From NCBI RefSeq assembly GCF_002996665.1, contig NZ_CP027255.1: a stretch of 24,000 bases of DNA; one strand, 5' to 3'. Positions within the stretch are counted from its first letter, which is position 1; every line of letters begins with the position of its first letter. The stretch comes from Escherichia coli. Its GTDB lineage: Bacteria; Pseudomonadota; Gammaproteobacteria; Enterobacterales; Enterobacteriaceae. Made by a program: the position numbers and the translations under genes. The notes under the pieces were generated by a model. That model ran no database searches and was not told the origin of the DNA. It saw only the letters and a list, made by a program, of their open reading frames with translations. This document shows positions 17,718 to 24,000 of the stretch, piece by piece.

Positions 17718-19283
17718 ATGCTCGACACAAATATGAAAACTCAACTCAAGGCTTACCTTGAGAAATTGACCAAGCCTGTTGAGTTAATTGCCACGCTGGA
17801 TGACAGCGCTAAATCGGCAGAAATCAAGGAACTGTTGGCTGAAATCGCAGAACTGTCAGACAAAGTCACCTTTAAAGAAGATAACAGCTTGCCGGTGCGT
17901 AAGCCGTCTTTCCTGATCACCAACCCAGGTTCCAACCAGGGGCCACGTTTTGCAGGCTCCCCGCTGGGCCACGAGTTCACCTCGCTGGTACTGGCGTTGC
18001 TGTGGACCGGTGGTCATCCGTCGAAAGAAGCGCAGTCTCTGCTGGAGCAGATTCGCCATATTGACGGTGATTTTGAATTCGAAACCTATTACTCGCTCTC
18101 TTGCCATAACTGCCCGGACGTGGTGCAGGCGCTGAACCTGATGAGCGTACTGAACCCGCGCATCAAGCACACTGCAATTGACGGCGGCACCTTCCAGAAC
18201 GAAATCACCGATCGCAACGTGATGGGCGTTCCGGCAGTGTTCGTAAACGGGAAAGAGTTTGGTCAGGGCCGCATGACGTTGACTGAAATCGTTGCCAAAA
18301 TTGATACGGGCGCGGAAAAACGTGCGGCAGAAGAGCTGAACAAGCGTGATGCTTATGACGTATTAATCGTTGGTTCCGGCCCGGCGGGTGCAGCGGCAGC
18401 AATTTACTCCGCACGTAAAGGCATCCGTACCGGTCTGATGGGCGAACGTTTTGGTGGTCAGATCCTCGATACCGTTGATATCGAAAACTACATTTCTGTA
18501 CCGAAGACTGAAGGGCAGAAGCTGGCAGGCGCACTGAAAGTTCACGTTGATGAATACGACGTTGATGTGATCGACAGCCAGAGCGCCAGCAAACTGATCC
18601 CAGCAGCAGTTGAAGGTGGTCTGCATCAGATTGAAACAGCTTCTGGCGCGGTACTGAAAGCACGCAGCATTATCGTGGCGACCGGTGCAAAATGGCGCAA
18701 CATGAACGTTCCTGGCGAAGATCAGTATCGCACCAAAGGCGTGACCTACTGCCCGCACTGCGACGGCCCGCTGTTTAAAGGCAAACGCGTAGCGGTTATC
18801 GGCGGCGGTAACTCCGGCGTGGAAGCGGCAATTGACCTGGCGGGTATCGTTGAGCACGTAACGCTGCTCGAATTTGCGCCAGAAATGAAAGCCGACCAGG
18901 TTCTGCAGGACAAACTGCGCAGCCTGAAAAACGTCGACATTATTCTGAATGCGCAAACCACGGAAGTGAAAGGCGACGGCAGCAAAGTCGTTGGTCTGGA
19001 ATATCGAGATCGTGTCAGCGGCGATATTCACAACATCGAACTGGCCGGTATTTTCGTCCAGATTGGTCTGCTGCCGAACACCAACTGGCTGGAAGGCGCA
19101 GTCGAACGTAACCGCATGGGTGAGATTATCATTGATGCGAAATGCGAAACCAACGTCAAAGGCGTATTCGCAGCGGGTGACTGTACGACGGTTCCGTACA
19201 AGCAGATCATCATCGCCACTGGCGAAGGTGCCAAAGCCTCTCTGAGTGCTTTTGACTACCTGATTCGCACCAAAACTGCATAA
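17718..19283 (+). CDS. ahpF: Alkyl hydroperoxide reductase flavoprotein subunit AhpF
   Basis: The track ORF begins at 17688. I prefer the ATG at 17718 (MLDTNMK...), preceded by aggag, giving 521 aa. It has redox CxxC pairs CHNC and CPHC and FAD/NAD Rossmann motifs (GSGPAG, GGGNSG). Confidence 0.95.
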
Positions 19284-19312
19284 GAAGAAGTAAGATTCAC
19301 CTGCAATTGCTT

Positions 19313-19343
19313 AGCCGCCGGGGTCAAACCTGGCGGCTTTTTT
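19313..19343 (+). terminator. Intrinsic terminator of ahpCF
   Basis: agccgccggg...cctggcggct forms a 10-bp stem with one mismatch, followed by tttttt. Confidence 0.8.
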
Positions 19344-19351
19344 ATGGCATT

Positions 19352-19384
19352 AAAAAGCCCTGCCGGGATGGCTCCGGGCAGGGC
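19352..19384 (-). terminator. Intrinsic terminator of uspG
   Basis: On the minus strand, gccctgcccgg-agccatc-ccggcagggc is followed by ttttt (the plus-strand aaaaa at 19352-19356). It lies 20 nt downstream of the uspG stop. Confidence 0.75.
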
Positions 19385-19403
19385 GGGATATTTATTCTGG
19401 CAA

Positions 19404-19832
19404 TTAACGCACAACCAGCACCGGCAGATTGGCATGGCGGATCACGCTCGAGGCGTTAGAACCTAACAGATGGGTCGAAATCGATGGGTTGCGAGAACCA
19501 ATAACTACAACATCAGCCCCCAGTTCTTCTGCCAACTCATTGACTTCATCCCGCACGCTACCAAAACGGACATGTTGTTTAATGCGGGAAGGATCGATGG
19601 TGAAGTGGCTGACCATCGTTTGCAGACGTTCTTCTGCTTCATGTTGCAGATGCTCTTCAAAACGACGCACATCAGCGGCAAAACGGTGCAGGCTCAGGCT
19701 GGCTGACCCGGGTAGTACGTGAAGTAGATGAATAACTCCGTCATCCTGGGCGAGGAATTCAGCGTGGCGAACAGCTTTGTCGCTCAATTCCATTTCAAAT
19801 ACATCAACTGGCATAATGATTGTCTTATACAT
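19404..19832 (-). CDS. uspG: Universal stress protein UspG (YbdQ)
   Basis: 142-aa ORF. The Usp domain has the C-terminal motif VVIGSRNPS...[19 protein letters not shown]. Length and context match. Confidence 0.93.
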   Translation of the reverse strand: MYKTIIMPVDVFEMELSDKAVRHAEFLAQDDGVIHLLHVLPGSASLSLHRFAADVRRFEEHLQHEAEERLQTMVSHFTIDPSRIKQHVRFGSVRDEVNELAEELGADVVVIGSRNPSISTHLLGSNASSVIRHANLPVLVVR

Positions 19833-20052
19833 AACCCTTTCTCCCTGTTAATCATGAACAAATCATTCGCCATGATTATAATATTTATCCCTGATATTTG
19901 TCTGGTTCTTTTTCCTTACGAACGGTTTCTGTGATTAATATATTCTCACTGAACACCAGGAATTCTCCCAAAACCTGCGGTACCGCCCGTTTTCCCGCTG
20001 TGATAGCTACCCTTAAAGACTGACTCTTTTTTGAACTGTCTCTGGAGGTTGC

Positions 20053-21291
20053 ATGAAAGCATTGACTTATCACGGCCCACATCACGTTCAGGTAGAAAAT
20101 GTTCCCGATCCGGGCATTGAACAGGCAGATGATATTATTCTGCGTATTACGGCAACGGCGATCTGTGGCTCTGACCTCCATCTTTATCGAGGCAAAATAC
20201 CCCAGGTTAAACATGGCGATATTTTTGGTCATGAATTTATGGGGGAAGTCGTTGAAACCGGAAAGGACGTAAAAAATTTGCAAAAAGGCGACCGGGTGGT
20301 AATTCCGTTTGTCATTGCTTGTGGCGACTGTTTTTTCTGTCGAATGCAGCAATATGCCGCCTGCGAAAATACCAATGCGGGTAAAGGCGCTGCGCTCAAT
20401 AAAAAACAGATACCAGCTCCCGCGGCATTGTTTGGTTATAGTCACCTGTATGGTGGCGTTCCTGGTGGACAGGCGGAATATGTCCGCGTCCCTAAAGGGA
20501 ATGTGGGGCCGTTTAAAGTACCGCCTTTGCTTTCAGATGATAAAGCCCTTTTCCTTTCTGATATTCTGCCAACGGCATGGCAGGCAGCAAAAAATGCGCA
20601 GATCCAACAAGGTTCAAGCGTTGCAGTCTATGGTGCCGGTCCAGTGGGATTGTTGACAATCGCCTGTGCACGGTTGCTCGGTGCGGAACAGATTTTTGTT
20701 GTTGATCATCATCCCTACCGCTTGCGTTTCGCCGCTGACCGCTACGGCGCGATCCCGATTAATTTCGATGAAGATAGCGATCCGGCACAGTCAATTATTG
20801 AACAAACGGCAGGTCACCGGGGCGTGGATGCAGTAATAGACGCCGTCGGTTTTGAAGCGAAAGGCAGCACCACGGAAACGGTGCTGACTAACCTGAAACT
20901 GGAGGGCAGCAGCGGTAAAGCGTTGCGCCAGTGTATTGCGGCGGTCAGGCGTGGCGGCATTGTTAGCGTACCGGGCGTCTACGCTGGATTTATTCACGGT
21001 TTCCTGTTTGGCGACGCCTTTGATAAAGGGTTGACGTTTAAAATGGGACAGACCCACGTTCACGCATGGCTGGGAGAATTATTACCGTTAATTGAGAAAG
21101 GATTACTGAAACCAGAAGAAATTGTTACCCACTATATGCCGTTTGAAGAGGCCGCCCGGGGATATGAGATTTTCGAAAAACGTGAAGAGGAGTGCCGTAA
21201 GGTGATTCTGGTACCCGGTGCACAAAGCGCAGAGGCGGCGCAGAAGGCGGTTTCAGGTCTGGTGAATGCGATGCCGGGGGGAACAATATGA
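20053..21291 (+). CDS. ybdR: Zinc-dependent MDR-family alcohol dehydrogenase-like oxidoreductase YbdR
   Basis: 412-aa ORF preceded by ggagg. It has [12 protein letters not shown] (catalytic zinc motif), the CGDCFFC...C structural zinc cluster and the VYGAGPVGL Rossmann motif. Confidence 0.9.
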   Translation: MKALTYHGPHHVQVENVPDPGIEQADDIILRITATAICGSDLHLYRGKIPQVKHGDIFGHEFMGEVVETGKDVKNLQKGDRVVIPFVIACGDCFFCRMQQYAACENTNAGKGAALNKKQIPAPAALFGYSHLYGGVPGGQAEYVRVPKGNVGPFKVPPLLSDDKALFLSDILPTAWQAAKNAQIQQGSSVAVYGAGPVGLLTIACARLLGAEQIFVVDHHPYRLRFAADRYGAIPINFDEDSDPAQSIIEQTAGHRGVDAVIDAVGFEAKGSTTETVLTNLKLEGSSGKALRQCIAAVRRGGIVSVPGVYAGFIHGFLFGDAFDKGLTFKMGQTHVHAWLGELLPLIEKGLLKPEEIVTHYMPFEEAARGYEIFEKREEECRKVILVPGAQSAEAAQKAVSGLVNAMPGGTI

Positions 21292-21294
21292 TCG

Positions 21295-21384
21295 TCAGGA
21301 GTGGTTTTCGAGGTAAAGGACAGCCATGACGATAATCGCCGCCATAATCAGAAATCCTATCAGGATGTAAAATGCTTCTGCCAT
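21295..21384 (-). CDS. Candidate 29-aa single-pass small membrane protein (unassigned)
   Basis: This is the internal ATG (21384) of the 62-aa track ORF. It gives MAEAFYILIGFLIMAAIIVMAVLYLENHS, a 21-residue hydrophobic core flanked by polar ends. A weak SD, gggaa, lies 6-7 nt upstream. I have no homology evidence. Confidence 0.4.
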   Translation of the reverse strand: MAEAFYILIGFLIMAAIIVMAVLYLENHS

Positions 21385-21466
21385 GGTTATTCCCACAAAC
21401 GAAACGGAATAATTTTGCAGCAAAAGTGAACAGTGAGAACCAGGAAAAATTGCTGATTTTGCGTAA

Positions 21467-21488
21467 AGAGGATGCGAGTGCATCCTCT
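21467..21488 (-). terminator. Hairpin downstream of rnk (weak intrinsic terminator)
   Basis: agaggatgc-gagt-gcatcctct is a perfect 9-bp stem. On the minus strand it is followed only by ttta, a short U tract. It lies 34 nt after the rnk stop. Confidence 0.5.
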
Positions 21489-21521
21489 GGGCAAAGCGAG
21501 TTATCGCTTGTGCAGATGGGA

Positions 21522-21932
21522 TTAAAGCAGGTAGTCGCCAGCAGCTTCTGGCTGGTATTCGAGTTCCAGCACTTCAAGGTGGGTTGCAACGCCGCCCGGA
21601 AGTTCCCAGTGAATGGAATCGCCAACGCGCAGCCCCAGCAGTGCGGCACCTACCGGAGCCATAACGGAAAGCTGAGTATTGCTATCGGTCATTTTTGCCG
21701 GATACACCAGCGTGCGCACACGCACTTCGCCATCGCTAAGATTGCGGAATTTAACCCGGCTGTTCATTGTCACCACGTCGTGTGGCATCTCTTCTGGCGA
21801 ACACATTTGGGCGCGATCCAACTCTGCGTTTAACGCGTCGGCGATTGGCAAACCAGCATAGGCGGGTTGCTCCAGCAGAATATCGATGCGTTCGGCATCC
21901 AGGTCGTTAATGATGATAGTTGGTCTGGACAT
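21522..21932 (-). CDS. rnk: Regulator of nucleoside diphosphate kinase Rnk (GreA/GreB C-terminal domain family)
   Basis: 136-aa ORF. Sequence and length match Rnk. Confidence 0.93.
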
Positions 21933-21980
21933 TTTTACTCCATGTCGTCGGTACTGCGAGTGTCGCAGATAAACATACCC

Positions 21981-22015
21981 AAAAGAAAACCCTCACCGTC
22001 AGGCGGCGAGGGTTT
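21981..22015 (-). terminator. Intrinsic terminator of rna
   Basis: The minus strand reads aaaccctcgccg-cctga-cggtgagggttt, followed by tcttttggg. The stem has 11 paired positions and one mismatch. Confidence 0.75.
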
Positions 22016-22161
22016 AACTCACATGATGATACTGACTGTTGCTCACTCTTTGAAGTGATTTGCGTCACATTCAGGGAATTCCTCAATGCAGCGCATTATG
22101 TATAATTCTTAATCGTCACGGTTTATGGAAGACGAATTAGCGTGTTTTGTAAATCAGATGA

Positions 22162-22968
22162 TTAATAACCCACTTTATCAATCACAAAGGTTTTGCCACA
22201 GTTGCCTGGGTGTGGTTGTGGCAAGAATGAGTTTGCAGAAAGCGGAGCGTTGATGGCGTCAGCTTTGATCGAGATCTGAATTTCAGTCAAATACGCAGGG
22301 TTACCCTGGCACGTTAGCTTAACTGCTTTCACGTTCTCTTTTCCCCAGCTTTTGGCAAAGGCGGCGTCAAAGTCACGGCGGCTCACTGTTTTACCGTAAT
22401 TATCCGCAAGGAATTTTCCGGCTTCGCTCTCTTTAATTTCTTGATTCAGGCGTACCATCGTACCGAAGTATGCGTCCGGATCAAAACCAAAGCAGGCACC
22501 GTGTTTGGCATATTCGTAGCGTTCCAGGCAGGAACGTCCGCCAGCTCCTGGCATGACTTCACTTAGTTTAGCGGCCGTTTCCAGTGATAACCCGGTTTCC
22601 GGCGATGAACACATTCGGCTGGCGCGTGCTTCTGGTAGATTCGGGATTGGGCGAGTAGCGCAACCGAAGCGCATCCAGCGGCGTTCATCAACACCACGGG
22701 CAGCAACCGATTTAGGCAATCCTGGCCACAGACCATGTACGGTCAGAAAATCAGCTTTGTTGGTCGTTTCGGTTTGCAGGCGACATTCATCTCGTTCGTT
22801 ACGATTTCGATCGTGTTGACTCTGGCAAAATCCGGTTTGCCAGGAGAGGGCCAGGACATAGCGATCAAAATCGCCATACTGTTTTGCCTGCAACGCTACG
22901 GCGTTGGCAGAAGAGAAGGGAAGCAGAGAAACCGCGAGCAACGCGGCGTTACGCCAGAATGCTTTCAT
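22162..22968 (-). CDS. rna: Periplasmic ribonuclease I (RNase T2 family)
   Basis: The track ORF begins at 22986. I prefer the ATG at 22968 (MKAFWRNAALLAVSLLPFSSANA signal peptide), giving 268 aa. It has RNase T2 motifs HGLWP and YAKHGAC. Confidence 0.92.
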   Translation of the reverse strand: MKAFWRNAALLAVSLLPFSSANAVALQAKQYGDFDRYVLALSWQTGFCQSQHDRNRNERDECRLQTETTNKADFLTVHGLWPGLPKSVAARGVDERRWMRFGCATRPIPNLPEARASRMCSSPETGLSLETAAKLSEVMPGAGGRSCLERYEYAKHGACFGFDPDAYFGTMVRLNQEIKESEAGKFLADNYGKTVSRRDFDAAFAKSWGKENVKAVKLTCQGNPAYLTEIQISIKADAINAPLSANSFLPQPHPGNCGKTFVIDKVGY

Positions 22969-23016
22969 AATGGGTGTGGAACTCATACATACACTGAATA
23001 CTATCTATTAAATCAT

Positions 23017-23050
23017 AAAAAAGCCCGCCAGGTGGGCTAACCTGGCGGGC
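23017..23050 (-). terminator. Intrinsic terminator of citT
   Basis: gcccgccagg (23023-23032) and cctggcgggc (23041-23050) form a perfect 10-bp stem with an 8-nt loop. On the minus strand the stem is followed by tttttt (plus-strand aaaaaa at 23017-23022). Confidence 0.85.
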
Positions 23051-23081
23051 GTGATGATTTATTCAGCGTTTGGCGAACGTA

Positions 23082-24000
23082 TTAGTTCCACATGGCGAGA
23101 ATCGGCCAGCCAACCAACAGCAACATAGAGATGTAAATCACCCCGAAGATTGCGCCAAGACGCCAGTAATCTTTTGATTTCACATAGCCACAGCCGTAAA
23201 TAATCACCCCAGGACCGGTTGCATACGGCGTCAGACAGCCCATGATACCGATAGACAGCACCAGCAGGATACACAGTTGTTCCATTGGTACGCCCGGAAT
23301 ACCTTTACCGACGGCCAGAATAACCGGCAGCATGGTTGCGGTGTGCGCAGACAGGCTGGCAAACAGGTAGTGTGCAAAGTAGAACACCAGAACCAGTACA
23401 ATCACCGTTGCGTTTGGTGAGAATCCTTCCAGGTGCGTACTCATGGTACCGGCGAACCAGTCAATAAAGCCAGAACGAGTCAGGCCGTTAGCCATCACAA
23501 CCAGAGTTGCCAGGTTGACCAGCGTGTTCCATGCGCTGTTATAGCGGGTAATATCTTTCCAAGGCACAACGTGCAGGGCCAGCATTAGCGAAACTGCCAG
23601 CAGACCAACTGCAGTAGCATTAATGACTTCACTGCCAAAAACCCACAAACCTAAGCTGAGCAATACAAGGCCAATCAGTGTCCACTCTCTGCGTGTCAGC
23701 GCACCCATGGTTTTCAGTTCATCACCCGCCCAGGTTGCCACTTCTTCACTGTGTGTGATTTCCGGTTTGTACAGCACGTAGGAAAGCCACGGCGCAATGA
23801 TAAGCAAGATAACCCCAACCGGCAGGAAGCAGAGGAACCACTGCAACCAGCTAATCTGGATACCGGCAATTTTGCTGACGAACTCCAGACCCAGCACGTT
23901 TGGTGCCGCACCGGTGACAAACATGGACGAACTCAGACTGGTACTAATGACCATCATCCACATCAAATAGCCGCCAATACGACGCGCGGACGGATCGTTG
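23082..24000 (-). CDS. citT: Citrate:succinate antiporter CitT, C-terminal about 306 codons (gene continues past the window end)
   Basis: The frame stays open from 24000 down to the stop at 23082; my translation upstream of the track ORF reads NDPSARRIGGYLMWMM... The protein is polytopic and ends ...GWPILAMWN, matching my memory of CitT. Confidence 0.9.
   Translation of the reverse strand, partial: NDPSARRIGGYLMWMMVISTSLSSSMFVTGAAPNVLGLEFVSKIAGIQISWLQWFLCFLPVGVILLIIAPWLSYVLYKPEITHSEEVATWAGDELKTMGALTRREWTLIGLVLLSLGLWVFGSEVINATAVGLLAVSLMLALHVVPWKDITRYNSAWNTLVNLATLVVMANGLTRSGFIDWFAGTMSTHLEGFSPNATVIVLVLVFYFAHYLFASLSAHTATMLPVILAVGKGIPGVPMEQLCILLVLSIGIMGCLTPYATGPGVIIYGCGYVKSKDYWRLGAIFGVIYISMLLLVGWPILAMWN

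Noticed and set aside
19885-20445. 186-aa minus-strand ORF overlapping the ybdR start, and the 174-aa ORF at 21125-21649
   Set aside because: They overlap ybdR, rnk and intergenic terminator sequence, carry no recognisable domain and are inconsistent with the known gene order.
21295-21483. Full 62-aa version of the small ORF downstream of rnk
   Set aside because: Its first codons lie within the rnk terminator hairpin (21467-21488), and the N-terminal 33 residues are not protein-like. Only the internal 29-codon hydrophobic ORF is kept, as a low-confidence candidate.

Overview
I recognise this window from memory as Escherichia coli (or Shigella) core chromosome; no database search was possible. 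The gene order matches the K-12 map at about 13-14 min: fepD (5' end, minus), entS, fepB, entC-entE-entB-entA-entH, cstA, ybdD, ybdH, ybdL, ybdM, ybdN, ybdO, dsbG, ahpC-ahpF, uspG, ybdR, rnk, rna and citT (3' part, minus). All listed genes look intact. I moved five ORF-track starts to downstream ATGs that have better Shine-Dalgarno sequences and give the protein lengths I remember (entC, entA, dsbG, ahpF, rna). Non-coding content I can support:
- Fur boxes in both divergent enterobactin promoter regions.
- A CRP site and GGA motifs upstream of cstA.
- A candidate OxyR region between dsbG and ahpC.
- Several intrinsic terminators.
- Three copies of a GC-rich boxC-like repeat, plus one REP element.

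I found no CRISPR array, IS element, prophage, tRNA or rRNA. Most of the window is ordinary, well-studied core genome, and I see no clear novel multi-gene system. The best candidate for under-described biology is the AT-rich ybdM-ybdN-ybdO block. It holds an overlapping PP-loop ATPase and ParB/Srx-fold gene pair next to a LysR regulator. Lesser items:
- An unlisted 29-codon hydrophobic ORF convergent with ybdR.
- Repeat-derived structure in the fepB leader and the cstA-ybdD spacer.
- A structured ahpC-ahpF spacer.
- Several convergent gene pairs with almost no spacer.
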